A stretch of 64,000 bases of DNA from Eutreptiella sp. 'Long Island Sound 2002' (GCA_964036045.1 OZ038378.1:16678001-16742000), one strand, 5' to 3'; counted from the stretch's first letter, positions 50,801 to 64,000 are shown. The notes: a model not told the origin generated them from the sequence alone. Made by a program: numbers and translations.

Positions 50801-51535
50801 CTTCAAGTTATCGGCCCATATCGTTGCTAGTGCCGCCATGACCTTGTCCCCGCACACGGCCATCCCTATCACCCACAAGTACGTGGGTGTGCGGCCCCGT
50901 GCGCCGTGGTTATGGAGCCCAATGGAGAGTTGGGTCCAACTACCTCCGGCGCACGGGTACGCATCCTCACGCACAATGAAGGTGAGGGGCCTTGTCGAAT
51001 CGATGGTGTCCACTAGCGATGGGCGTGATTGAACGTACCGGGCCCATGAGGGTAGCGGCCAAGAGCGCCCACTCGCGGGGGGATCGGGGACGGACACGGG
51101 TGGCCGTACGTCAAGGGGGGTGACCAACTCCTTCCACGTGTCCGTGAACGTATCCCGAGTGGGGATCGGTCGGGGGAACGGGAGGCCCGTTGCGGCCGTG
51201 TAGGCTGACCCTCGGCGGCTCATGTACTCCGACACGTGCCGGAAGCCAAGCTTGGGGACGTTTAAGTCCATAAGGAGGCCGATGAGGTCCGGGGCCGGGA
51301 AGAGGGAGGAGGCATATTGCTTCACCGCCTCCTTTTGCTTGTCGCGAATAAGGGAGGGGTAGCCAACCTCTGTGGCCTCGGACCATCGGGCCCGGGCCAA
51401 GGGAGATGAAGCCACCCACTCACCAAGGAGTCGGGAGACCAAAGGGTCCCGCAAACTCTTGGGTCCACTCAAACGCACGAGCGTAATGTTAAGCTCGGTA
51501 AGGGTGTCCCGAGAGAAAGGCATAACAAGGGCTAT
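50801..51535 (-). pseudogene. Orphan transposase-like exon
   Basis: LTFIVREDAYPCAGGSWTQLSIGLHNHGARGRTPTYLWVIGMAVCGDK resembles the first-catalytic-Asp region of EnSpm/Transposase_21-type proteins. Ends at a strong donor AAG|GTATGT. Confidence 0.5.
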
Positions 51536-51824
51536 ACAAGGGAACATGGTGGTGTGGATGGGGGGGGAATGCGGGCAACCGGAAGGGGGGTGTCCAAGAC
51601 ACCCACCAACACAACATTGGAACCTCTCTACTATACCATTGTGCAACAATATACCACGTAACACCCCTTATGGGTCCTCATATGTGCATGGAAAAATGGG
51701 TACAACCGACCCAATCAAAAAAATTGAGCTTTAACCTCTTAATATTTGCGAGATTGATTTATCAACGGGTTCATATATTAAATTTTAAAATTAACCATAT
51801 TGACTTTAATCTAGGTCACCGGGG

Positions 51825-52300
51825 TGCGGTTGTGGCTGTGCTTGTGGCTCCATTTGCAACCCCGATGAAGTGGGAACCCCTTGCTGTTTTGTTTTCCATT
51901 GCCGCACACGCTAATCCTGACCAAGAACTTCTTGCCCAAAAGATGCACATTGCCTTGGCGAAACTTGATTGCGGCACCAATGATCCATGCGTCCTTCCTT
52001 TTTCCAGAAGATAGCGAACCCAATGCCTCCAATCATTGCTGTTCCACGTCCCTACCGCCACACTATGCCCCGGCCGCCTTCAGGTGCCCCTGGGGGGACA
52101 ATGTTTTTCACACAGTGCTTGAGCACTACTTTCAGGTTTGCGGTGGCACACCACTGAAAAGCCATGCTCAACGCCTTGCAACAACGGGAACTCAAACCTT
52201 TGGCGCAAGCAAGCTGCAAGGATAACCTGCATACCGCCGCCCCATGCGTTGGCACAAGCCTTGGTTTTGTAGCTCAAAGTGAATTGCCGTCACCATATCA
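51825..52300 (-). pseudogene. Possible RT fragment
   Basis: VRISVCGNGKQNSKGFPLHRGCKW loosely resembles RT 'v.vNG..s..f...rG.rQG'. Confidence 0.3.
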
Positions 52301-54199
52301 CCTGGGTGCCGCCATTTAACATTCTATCGGTTGACTACCAACAACCTTGCTTTTGGTCGTTGCTTGTTCTTCCAAAACCATGACGCACCACGTCACTACC
52401 ACTAGCACCACCACCACCACCTGCAGCATTGATGCCATTGGCAATATGGAAGGCGCCTTCCAGCCTTTGCGGCAAGCTGGCACATGCAATGAAATATGTA
52501 TCAAACTTGATCACCAAAGTGCGTGTGTCATGCTCGCGGTGATTTAGCATCACCTTGCATCTCAATTCCGTCACCTTGTCACCGCATGGATGGTTTGGGA
52601 TACTTTTGGATAAGTGCCTCATATTCCCAACCTAGCTCTCTTCCCAACCTAGCTTGTTTGCGCCAAAAAAAATAATTTTTTAGTAACACTTAAGACCAAC
52701 CATGTGCGCCATGGAAGCGCGTTGTCCGCAAGCACATAGCACAAAGCGGAATGATGAAATCCTTCTCTTCATCCCTACACAACTGCACAAGTTGAGATTC
52801 CGTGGATTCATGGGTTTGCCGCGACATGGTAGCTCTCAAATCTATGCCCAAAACAGAAGATGGCAATATTGTTCATCCCCTATCTCATGTTCGCTAGACT
52901 AGCCCATTGGTCCCAAACCAACTTCGGATGGAAACGACTCTTGGTGCATCATAGCTTTTTAAAATTTCGTCCGATGATTTTGTTCTAGCCTAGCCTTGAT
53001 CTAGCCTTGATGTAGCCTCGTTTTGCAACGGAGTACGAGTGGGGTGTGCGGCGAAAATGGACCATGCCTTGGCACCGGAAAAACGCACAACGTTTCTGGT
53101 TTGCATGGAATTGGGGGTGTAGAGGAGTGAATTTTGGTGTCCCGGGTCTTGGTTGTTACCGTCAACCATCAAATGCAATGAGTGTGTGCTGTCAAGAAGC
53201 GTATGAAACGGGTAACGGGTGGAAGGTTGCCTACAGACCTTCCCGTTGCGGCCCCCACTGAACCTCAAGCACACTACCCACATAATGATACACCGCCTTA
53301 CCTGCCCGATAGTACACAAAACTATACGACACCATGGAGGATATCTAAGCCGTACAGTGTGACCTACAAGACACCCTAACACATGGCTATTCACTGCAGG
53401 CCCACGGCATTACACAGTGCCATTATACGGGGTGGGCTGCCTCCGGTCCTCCCGTCTTAGCCTACGCCCTGTGGCCAGCACGGAGAGACCAAGTGTCGAT
53501 GAGCGAAGCCCACGGACCCACACACAGGCATTCGTGCAGGTGCCCCCTTGATGCCCGTGAGCAGTGCTCGTTACCCCGGAGTCCCGAGGCCCTAAACCAT
53601 CCTCCTCCTCCGTACCGGACACTAAAAATTTATTGCACTAGCGTAGTGCCCTCATCTGCAACCCATGGCCGCGCCTCGTCGTGCTTGTCACCCCCTTCCC
53701 GCTCCATCACCGCAGATAGTCCATGCCCATTGCCGCTGTAGGCGGGAGCCGGCCACTGTCGAGATGGAGTCATTGGCGCCCGGACAGGCGCGGCTCACCA
53801 CCGTAAAATCCTAGTTTGGGCATTTGGAATGTCCCTCATGCACGTTGTTGTCTCTTCCTTGGTTCCCGTTATGTGCCGCTAAGTGAGGTGCTCACAGGGC
53901 TTTGCATCTAGGGGGTGTTGGCAAAAGTGGTAGCCCTCCTATTGGTGGCTTGGTTCATTGCATTTAAAATTAATGGCCCTTTCATCCTTTGTAAGGCGTA
54001 GAATACCTATTGGTTCTGCACCAAATATACTACCTCGTCTTGCACCCCCCCCCCCCCCCCCGGACCACGTACCTTGCACTCACTCGCAAACCTTCCGCCC
54101 AGATGTGGCCCGGGATGAACTCACGCTGGGGCAAGCTAGAGTACTCATCTTATTTTTTGTTTAGGCATAGCGCACATTTGCTGGTAGGGTCTTACTCAT

Positions 54200-56200
54200 C
54201 TATTACATCTTTTACCATTGTCGGCTCAACATTTGACCCCTCATCCCCTCAGCGCTTGATAAAAAGCAATTTCAGCCGTGCACTTGCGGGGTTGCATCTC
54301 ACATCTATTTCATATTTTTTGAGCTCGTTCGGTTCTTGATCTGTTCCATGAAGTGCTCTGAGTCCTCTGTCACCAATTTTGTTCTGGCGCAAATTCAAGC
54401 TCAGAGAATCCAGCATAGGTACCAACACTCTTCGTATTCCTAGGTTGCTATACAACATGTTATAACAACAGACCGCAGAATCACTATCGAGAGGCATAGT
54501 GAACCAATGGTTTTCCGTGCCTAGTTCACCCGTTCCCAAGGTATCCAAAGTCGCCGCTATGTGGCGATGGAATCAGCTGCACTGTCACCAGGACTACAGA
54601 AGCGGAGGTCCATGGAAAGCACACGCAAAGACCGCGACTCTGCGAGCCGGCATAGAGCTTGTGCACCATTGAGGTCAAGGGGTTGCAGCTTCAAATAGAA
54701 GGAACTCAGTACAGGTGCATCCCGCAACTCGGAGAGCAACTGCACTGTGCGTTATGACAAATCAAAATTATACTGCAATTCCAAATGCATGCACGTTCCG
54801 CATGCGGTGATGAACAACGCTCTGTTTGTGCAAACATCACGGTTGTGTTGGGTCTGTGATTGTCAACATGCCAGAACTTGCGCCGGCACGCAAAACCGTT
54901 ACACGCCACCGCACCCTCACACATTGCTCCTTTTGTCTACTGGTGTCCCGTTCGCTGCCACATCCCTCCCTCGACAGCATGTCCTCTTTCCTGTAGGAGC
55001 TTGGTCGCGACCCTCACCAATGGCCCTCGCGGCTCACCCAAGGGGTTGTCTAGGTCCCTCCCCGGGAGGGCGCAAGGAAGAAAGCTCCTCTCGTATGAAA
55101 GCTCATCTCGGGGGACCTTTTACCGTGGTCTGCCGTCCCTGCTTAGCACGTCCCCAAATTAGTGAGTGGGCGTGCCCCGGCCGCGCGCCGTCCATGGCCA
55201 GTTGACACGGTGGGCGATTTCTAATACTTACCAAGTGGCCCTCCACCACTCCTCCTTTCATCTAGTAACACTCGACGCCCCCACTCAACGCACATGGGGG
55301 TTCCCATTAGTTGTGCTCACTTTGCCTCTTTCTCCAGCCCCCTATCCCCTTTGCCGCATCGCTCGATGTGGCCCCCGACCCCTCTAAGCCCCCGTTCTCG
55401 CGGACCGTGGTGTGGGCCCTCCTCGGTGTTTTGTTGCACGCCCCGTCCACCTCCACGTCGCCTCACATGTCAGATCCATGCAAAGCACGGGCTAATCAAA
55501 ATCCAAAGAAGTTTCTAAACGTTGTGTAGCATGTCTATCCGAAATTGGCCAATCATTTGATAGCGGTGGCAGAAACATCCAGTCCGAAAACCCTTCCAAT
55601 GTTTTTGCATCCCCAAGGATTTCATAATCACACTGCCGAAATGCATCGGAAAAGCACTTCTGAGTTCCCGAGTGCCACTTCCGATCATCATTCGCAAGCA
55701 TCCTAACCACATTTTAGGAGCATTGCTGCCCAAAATGTATGGCTAATTGCTCGGAATTCCAAGGAGTTGTCCCACAAATACCGCTTCCCCTATCCCATGA
55801 CGATCCCATGGGTTTTCACAAAACAAATCACACTTTCACCCATGATATTGTCCCCGATACATGTCTGCCTACTGTAAGTCATATGCGAAATTTGTTTATA
55901 ATGTTGCCCTTCAGTGAAATCGGGTCCTTCAAGGTAGCAACATCAACGGCCCCATGTTGTGGTATGAAATTTGACACCAAGTCAAGGCGAAGGTGACACA
56001 CGGATGCCAAGGACTTGAACTCCAAAAGATGTTGAGCACCCAAATTGCCAACGGAGTTGTTGGACATCAACAAGTCAACGAATTGAAGTTGCTGTCCATT
56101 CTTCAATTAATCCACCAAGCACTCAACTTCATCAGACCCAAGGTGCAGTCCGATCACTTTAAACTTGAAGGTTCGCCAGCAGATGGCATCACGCACCGAT
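54200..56200 (-). pseudogene. Leucine-rich-repeat (RNI-like) pseudogene, interrupted by an insertion at about 54950-55470
   Basis: LDSLSLNLRQNKIGDRGLRAL, LRVLSMDLRFCSPGDSAA, LQFVDLLMSNNSVGNLGAQHL and CHLRLDLVSNFIPQHGA, in different frames with stops. Confidence 0.75.
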
Positions 56201-57339
56201 ATATAGCCACTTCCAAGGCTCGCTTGTATGGCACGTCAGCAGCAAACATCATTTCGACGGCTATGAGTCACAACCTACTTGCTTTCTATTGTCGGGTTGT
56301 GGCCCACACCCTTCGCCTTCTTCCAATTACAGGTCTTCGAAGGGAGGATAGATCTCATCGGCATGCCCCTTTCTCTGAATTCTAATGTTATCTGCGCTCC
56401 CGCAAGATTGTTTCACTGTTTTGTCCAACTACATACTCTAACATACACACCATCATGCCCTTCCGCCCCCAAACTCTTCAATAGCGACGGCAAAATGTTC
56501 GGTTCCTTTTTTTGTTTTTGCCTAACCACCAACCCTCCCCTGAACTAGAACATCAATGTGTGCAAGGGTGGTGGCGCGGCTAAACTCTGGGATGCTAGAA
56601 GGAAAGAATGACGTGCGGAGTGTTGTGGTTAGACAAGCGCATGGACAACAACCCGGTTTTGATGCAAACTGAAATGAATTTTATTCCATTCATGTTGTTT
56701 TCCATAGCTTTCTAATGTTTCGTGTTGTTGCCGGTTGTCATTATACAAGGATTCACGACACACACCATGTAGGACCATGCAACTCTCAAGTTGTGCCCCA
56801 TAGACCGGCAGAGTGTTTACTTTGCCCCTTTTCCTGCCCCGTGTTGTTTTCCAAGGTGCCACAATGAATTGGCACATATCAACAACTACTTCTATTTTTC
56901 CTTTGCACACAATGTCTAACACCGGGCCCGACGGCACCACACACCCACAAGAGCTGCGACATGAGTAGAGGGGCCCCGCACCTCTGGAGCCTCCGGCGTA
57001 ATGGAGCACCGGTGCGGTTGTGCGCGGTCCTTGTTCCACTCGGGGGAGGCCCCTCCAACCGTTTGTCCTTGTTATCGTGCCGACACATGCATGGCCCAGC
57101 AACAAGTTAATAAGTAACCTATGCCCCATGCACATGCTTCTCTCAGGGTGACAATGCTGGAAGGTATTTTTAATCTGTCGCAAATGTTTCCTTTTCTTCC
57201 TCTTTGCCCCCCCCCCCCCCTTTTGAGTGCTGCAGCTTGGCAACGAGCAATCCGACCCTATCCCCCCCGTGTGGTTGTTACAGTGGGAGGTCCCCAAGCT
57301 ACAGCCCCCGGGAGATGCCCTCCCTCCCTTGAGATAGCA

Positions 57340-58100
57340 ACGGGGAGAAACCCCTATACCAGTTCTTTTCCCCGCAACCACGCATTTATGGCCTTGAGGT
57401 GCCTAGATAGTAGTGTTTGACAATCTGGGAAGCACCGCATTCCACGAGGCAATGAATTTGCGATTTAAAGTACGGGTTTCTGTGGCCCGTGGGGCCGGGA
57501 TAAAACTGTTTCAGCCTTGCAAGCACCACATTCCACACGGCAATGAATTCGTGACTGAAAGTACGGATTTCTCTAGCCTTGGGGGGCCTAGATAGCTGTG
57601 TTTGATAGCCTGGGAAGCACAACAATGCACAAAGCAATGAATTTGCTATTCCATGTACGACTTTCTATTGGCGGCCTAGATAGTAGTGCTTCACAGCATG
57701 GGAAGCAGCGGTTTTCGGAGGCCAATGGATTGGCGATTGAAAGTACGGGTTTTCTTCGCCTTGGAGGGCTTTAGATAGCAGTCTTTGAATGCTTGCGGAG
57801 TACCACGTTCCACAATGAATTTGCGACTAAAAGTACAGGTTTCTATCGCCTTGGGGGCCCTAGATAGCAGCGTTTGACGGCCTAGGCAGCCCCGGGTTGC
57901 AAAAAGCCAATGAATTTACGAGGAATTAGCCATTGAAAGAACGTGTTTCTTGGATGGCCTAGATATCAGTGTTTGAATGCTTGGGACACATCGCATTATA
58001 GGAGTCCATCAATGGGCATTTGGAAGTACCGGTTTCTATGGCCTTGGGCTGCCTAGGTAGCAATGTTTGAATTGTCTAGAGTGGCATGGAACTCTGCACT
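57340..58100. repeat. Degenerate tandem repeat of about 95 bp, about 7-8 units
   Basis: CCTAGATAG..GTGTTTGA...AATGAATTTGCGA...AAGTAC recurs at about 57402, 57586, 57675, 57770, 57860, 57958 and 58053. Confidence 0.85.
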
Positions 58101-61100
58101 ATGGGACAAGTTGGCGGCATCAACCACGGTGAAGGTGTACTTTACAATATAATGAGTGGCTCGTCTTCTTTGTGCTTCCCCCCCCCCCGCCAACACGTTT
58201 CGCCTTTTTGAGTGGCGGCTCATCACGTGCGCGACCAAAAGCCATTCCCTTTTGGTTTTCCGAGGTGGTTGTCGCACCGGAACTAGATGCGGGGTGACTT
58301 GGGTCACAAAACAATGTGCGTGAGTGGGAGCTGTTCTTGTTGGCTCCCGATTTCGAGTAGACTGAATGCTCAAATTGAAAGGGCAAAAAGCATCTTGAGG
58401 GAAAATAAGCTGACCCGCCGCCCCCTTTCAATGGGGTTGGTGCAGTTTTTTGGCAGCCTTGCTTAGCTTCTTTGCTGTTGGAGCATACTCTTTACAAAAG
58501 TTCTCCTGCTGTTTACGGAGTGACGTCAGATACCCCTAGACGAGCGGGTAGGACCAGTAAGTGAGGAGGATCTTGCGGCTCATGAGGATTGGTTGTTTGT
58601 GGCCAAGTAACCAAGTACTTCAATCAAAACAAAATGGTGTTGCCGACCCTGACCTTTGAATAACCCATGCTAGTTGAATGGTTCAAGGACTCTCAGCACT
58701 ATAGCTCACCTTGGAAGCGGGGTCCGGGAATGAGCCTCTGTTCCTCACTATGCCGTTTGTGACAAAGCTGTTTTAGGAGTATTGTGTGCTTGTCGCTAAT
58801 GCCTTTTGTCCACATCCGTCAAGCGGCGTACTTTCGCCCACATGTTGCCAAAGTGTGCGCCTTCACATGCCTTATCTCAGGGATGTGGTCGATGGGGAGG
58901 CAGTTGAGAACTATATGGCTGCTCGGGTCCAGGGCAAGATTACCATTTTGGACGTGGTCCTTGTAGGGGAGTACGTGCAATACGTGCATACCCCAAAGGG
59001 CTTTTTTTTGACGTCAACGCCCCCTCCAACCCCCCAAACTATGAACTGTGCGGCTCTTTGTGGGGAACATCTGGTGTGTGAGCACGCCTGGCAGTGTGGT
59101 TTGACCCCGCAAGGAGTAGGCTTGGCGGGACGTGGGGGTTGCACCGAGGGTGGACGGGATACGGTGGACGCTAGAACATGACCTGCGCTGTCAAAAATAC
59201 TGTCCAAAAATTGGAGCAGGAGACACACTGCCCCGGTTGCCAGAGTGCTGGCGATGGTAGTGGCTGCCAGCAGTAGGGTGGGTTTTCGTTTTGGCTCATC
59301 TCCGGCCGTCTGAGTGAGCATGCCTGCACGTGGGAATAGCCGAAGGTGTCGCCGCACGACCGAAGGGATGGGTAGTGGTGCGGTCTGTGGGTGCCCTAGC
59401 AACAGCAAAGTCTGTTGTTGGGGTGGGGGGCGTAGTGGCAACGACGAGGTGCCAAAATGTTCTCGCAACGCGGGGTCTCGGGGCAATTTGGAGCTTGCAA
59501 AGTGCACCAGATACCCTTAGGGTCCAATGCTCCCCTCAGCAACACCGTATTGTTTCAATTACCCATCAGTGTATGTTGTGCCCCCTCCCTATACCACAGC
59601 ATGTTGTGCCACCGATGGCATCACAATGACGTGCATTCTTTCCATAGCCATGGTCACCTGCAAATGTGTACCCTCCGTGGCAACTTGGCACGTGCCCTAC
59701 TAAGCATTAAATGCTGCAACCTCGCTGCTAACCCTTTGATGATATCAACTAGAGAGCCTCTGCAAAAGTCTTTAATATGTTACTTTTCGGAGTCTGCTCA
59801 TGTAACTACGGCTTGTCTTGCAATAGTATCTGTCACTTTCTGTCGGTAGTTTTTTGCCTGTTAGAGGTGCACATGAACTGTTCCCTTTGTGGCAGTACCG
59901 TGAATCTTTCTCCTTGAGTTTCATAGTGTGTGTGAATATCAAGATCGGTGCGCAGCACGTGTATGACATTTTGCTTAGTTATCAATAGCGTTGTAACAAA
60001 GTGTGGTGGTGAGGGACAGGTGGTTTTGGCGTGACATGTAATTTCTAATGGACATGCCACCCTATTGGAGGATGGCTAGCCTTGTAATTGTGTATATACT
60101 TGGCGCGTCAGTGAAGCGAAGGAATTGTGGGGCTTGCTATACCCAGCACTGTGAGGCGCGCCGACCGTTGGCTTCACCATCGTGCAAGCACTGTCTTCCG
60201 AAATATCCCTTGCAAAGGGTGCCACGGTGTTTCGTACAAGTGTGCAGTGGACATCTTAATGGAAGAATTGCAAGGGCAGTCCAGAGCTTTTGCAACATTT
60301 TTTTGCAATGGGTGTGGGCAGAACGGAACGATCCTCTCCGGATGACACTTCAACATCTTTGGCTGCACATAGGACTCAGCGCGGTACACTATGCAGTACC
60401 GCGCAAGGATTGTAAACGCCTGCCACACTATTCCAAGCTGCTGATGCCTTTTGAAATGACGCATCCATAGAACCAACGATTTTTTTTACTCCGTTTCTCA
60501 CACATCTTGCTTGACTTGGCTTGGAGGGACAAATGCACTGCCCATGTTGATTCTTTTTCATTTTCGTGTTGTTATGGTTTTCCTGCGTTAGGCTTCCTAC
60601 GGTGTGCAGGGGGTTTGGCAGGTGGTTTTGCAGCATCATTCTACTTTGGCGCGGGTATGGCTGCCGTTTTTCCCATGGGCTTCATACACGGATCTCCACA
60701 TGCTGCAAAATGTGTTTCACATCCTGTGGACGGGGGGGGAGGGGGTGTCTTGCGGCTACGCTCTTTGCCGGCTTGCTGCCTCGAATGGAGCCGCGCATTG
60801 TTTGCAGACACAAGGCTACGCCCGCATTGGGCGTACCTACCAAAATGCAGCGACCGGCTTGGACTAAAACTGGCCGTCCACTTTTGACAAACTTATAGTT
60901 GCTGGTCACTTGATGCCTTGATCTTAGTAACTGATGTTTCACGGATGCAGAGGAGCTCGGTTGTAGGTGCATCATTAATGCAAACAGCAAAGAGGCCTAT
61001 CACTCTGCGGTAGGCAGCTGCCGCTTCAAGATTAAAAAACTCAAAATCGGAAACTTAAGGGCAAGGGAGGCCTCAACCACCACGCCTCTTGGCGTAAAGG

Positions 61101-63554
61101 GCACCCCATCACGTTTATTGCCAGAATTCTTTCTTCAAGGTTGCTAGGTAAGACCAGAGACACTTTTGACAGTCTTTCTATCCATTTTGCACAATTTTGC
61201 ACCCAAGGACAGCCCTACTTTGGGAAGCTGTACTTACATATGACAATGGAGCTAGGTCCTTGTGCTAAACACCTTTTGCTCCATTCGCCGGAAGAAAAAC
61301 AATACGTGTCTGCATGAGGGCCATGCTGATGGTACCCAAATGGGTGCATCTGGGTGGATCACCAACAACTCACAATTATGTGCTGGACACGGATTTAATC
61401 ACGGATCGTTGGGGACACGGACCTCTAGCTCATATTCGTCTTTATCCGTCTCAGCCGGAGGAGGTTCCAAAGATAAGGGGCCAATGTCCACGAATGGGGT
61501 CTTGGGATCCAAGAAATTATCTGGTTGTGTGCCGTGTTGCCACACAACCTTGGCGCCTCTACAGCTAAGCATCCGCCTCATACTCCTGAACTTTGGTTTC
61601 CAACGAGCCCTCTTCATCCTCACACGCGTCTCCCACACCCGCTGCGGCGAGACTCTCTGGGTCATTAATAAGATCCGAATATTCTACAACAACATTCTGA
61701 TAATATGTTCATCAGCACCTCAAACCTGGTGCACTGGTGCACCTCGGCGAGAATGATAGGATTCTGCGCCGGATTATCCTTTGCCCTCGGACCCTTTTGA
61801 GCCCTTGGGATAGCCTGTGCTCTTGTTGTTAACACCATTCCCATTGGTCTAGTGCTGATTTTGACATTACTAGTAGCCTCTTCCAGCACATTGCCTAGCA
61901 CCTCGAGTACCACCGTTAGTGGGAAGCAAATTGGAATTCCCATTTCTGAAATTTTATGACGAGTGTCCCTCACAGTGTTGCCCTTGGCTTCCTCTTCCCG
62001 AGGACGCATGCTAGCATTCACCATTTTTCGCTTTCCCGGATGCTTTCTCACTTGTCCATGCTTGCTGGTTTTCGTGGATTTGTTTGGTAGCACGTTTTTG
62101 GGGTGCATGTTAGGCTTGTTGTGCCCCTCTTTCCCCAAGGGGGGGGGGACTCCGTAGCTCCTAGCACGCCAACTACCCCACCCCCGCCCTAAGGGGCCTC
62201 CGGCCAACACGTAGGTGCTAAAGGTGTCGCCCTCAGGCGTCCATGGGCACCAACGGCGCCCGATGCTCCATGAACACCAAAGGAGCCTTAAGGAAAATTT
62301 TGTCCACTTTGCACCCCAACACTATCCTTAAACCTAACCTTGACTCTAGCGCCCATCCCCCCACCCTCAGCGTACTCCGGACCCTACACCTAACCCTAAT
62401 CAAGACTGAATATTGGGACCGAGCTGGTGGGGGAGGGAACATTAGATATGAATGGTGAGGGACACCAATGAGTTACACATTGAAGGCCGTTGACAGGGTG
62501 GAATCAGCTTGCAAGTGATCCCCTTCACCACAAGGCCCACTTTCAAGGCTTTTGTGGACTTGTGAGGGGCCAAAATGCCCCACAATGGGCTCAAAATAGG
62601 CTCATTTCACCCGTTTGTGCACCCCAAATGGTCTATGATGAGTTTTGGAAAAATGCGTTTTTGACCCATTTTTGACCCATTTTTGGTCCCAAAGCAGCGC
62701 ATCTTCAAGGCATTTGGGGATTTTCGGAGGACCAAAATGGGCCACCCCAAGCTCAAAACAGTCCAAAAACACTTGTTTCAGCATCACACATGGTCTAGGA
62801 TCATTTTTGAGAAAAGTCATTTTTCTGCCCCTATTGGACCCTATTGACCCATTTGGGCACCCACCTGTTTGGGCTTGAGCTTGCAGCTTGCCGCAGCCTA
62901 CTGGGCTTGGGTACGGGGGTCTAGGCGTCCATTTGGGCAATTTTGAGGGGTGGAAACCACAAAACGAGGGGGGTTGCGGGTGGATTAGGTGCCCTCGGAA
63001 TCGCGTTTTGAGCCATGTAGCCAAAGATATGGCCTATTCTTGGTTTGTGGCTGTCGCCAGCCAATCTGCACAAAGTTTGGGGCTTGTGGGGGCCTTTTTG
63101 GGCCATTTCCGGGACATATGGTGGAGTCAGAGGACCGCAAATGGCTCGTTGACACAAGAAAGTCAAGCCGCACATGGAGTGCACCCACCCTTTCCCTTTC
63201 CTTGGCCGTTTTGAATGGGTTCTAGGGCTCTTTTGGCCCAAAAATGGCTGTTTTTGGCCCTAAATTGCAGTTTTTGAAACTGAGGTCCGCCACTTGCGAC
63301 ACCCATTCCCGGCCGCCACCGTTGAGTTTCTGGCTCAAACTTTGTGTGGTTGTCCCTCACACCCATAGGTATCATCCACCAAAATTTCAGCCGAATGTGA
63401 AGCACCACGACGGATGTCTGATTTTTCCCCATTTCGCGCGTGCTGCTTGCTGCTTGTTGCTGCTTGCTGCTTGTTGCTGCTGCTAAACCTGGTAGGTCCA
63501 CCCTAGACCCTAAAAAGGGTTATAAAACCAAGACTGGTTCCACCAGCTCGGTGA

Positions 63555-63627
63555 CCCTAACCCTAACCCTGGCCCTAACCCTGGCCCTAACCCTAGCCCT
63601 AACCCTAGCCTTAGCTCTCACCCTAGG
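63555..63627. repeat. Interstitial telomere-like (CCCTAA/CCCTGG/CCCTAG)n
   Basis: About 12 hexamer units, directly visible. Confidence 0.8.
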
Positions 63628-64000
63628 CTATGGTCACAGTGAGTGTAGGGGTCCAAAATCGAGAGCAATGATATGGCAAAAGTTTTGGGGCATCTTGTTC
63701 CGCCCAATCAGCAGCCCTGGCATGGCCAAACTGGCTAGCTGCAAAGGTTAGGGTTACATTCATGGTGATGGTATGGTTAGAGGGAGGGCAAGGGAGCTTG
63801 TCCCCCCCCCCCCCCTTCCCGCCCCCCAACACCCCAAATCGCCCACCTAAACCCCCCCCAACTGACCCTCCCGGAGCCCCCCCCCCCCCAGCACCTCCTA
63901 GACCCCCCCCCCCCTATTCGCCCTTCCTTGAACCCGCTCGACGCCGGACCGTCGTGGGCGACGCCTCCGCCTTCCTGCGTAGCCTAGGGATCAGTGTCAA

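Larger units (their letters stand above)
47565..51824 (-). mobile_element. Non-autonomous or deleted DNA transposon, EnSpm/CMC-like
   Basis: Inverted ends CCCTAGTGACCTAGATTAAACCCAATA and (reverse complement) CCCCGGTGACCTAGATTAAAGTCAATA, flanked by TG on both sides (possible 2-bp TSD). Several internal AATATTAA/AAATTAA-rich blocks. Confidence 0.65.

Noticed and set aside
58700-62200. Several 100-200 aa ORFs, probably element debris
   Set aside because: No motif I can identify with confidence; frames are broken.
63915-64000. Coding-like stretch PFLEPARRRTVVGDASAFLRSLGISV at the window edge
   Set aside because: Too short and truncated to assign.

Overview
Eukaryotic, repeat-rich genomic DNA. 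A euglenid/euglenozoan origin is an inference from GT-AG introns with euglenid-like CAG/CTG ends, a possible trans-splice acceptor and TTAGGG-like repeats. One host gene is traceable on the + strand: a signal-peptide protein with a type-1 periplasmic-binding-protein (PBP1, LivJ/ANF-receptor-like) ectodomain, exons 239-481, 1131-1495, 3529-3959 and 11866-12175. Almost everything else is transposable-element derived. Intron 3 holds a near-intact Penelope-like retroelement with permuted domain order (coiled-coil ORF1, in-frame TAG, GIY-YIG, then RT with FRDN instead of YxDD, and a tRNA-like 3' module). A 6.65-kb KDZ (Kyakuja-type) DNA transposon at 12614-19266 has satellite-built inverted ends and an apparently spliced transposase ending in a PHD-like finger. 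It separates two seemingly identical 2494-bp host segments (10120-12613 and 19267-21760), so host exon 4 is tandemly duplicated. Beyond 21.8 kb lie satellites, a second degenerate Penelope-like element, LINE/CRE-like RT remnants, an EnSpm/CMC-like element with nested inverted repeats and an LRR pseudogene. I found no further host exon there. All alignments and domain calls were made by eye; no database searches were run.
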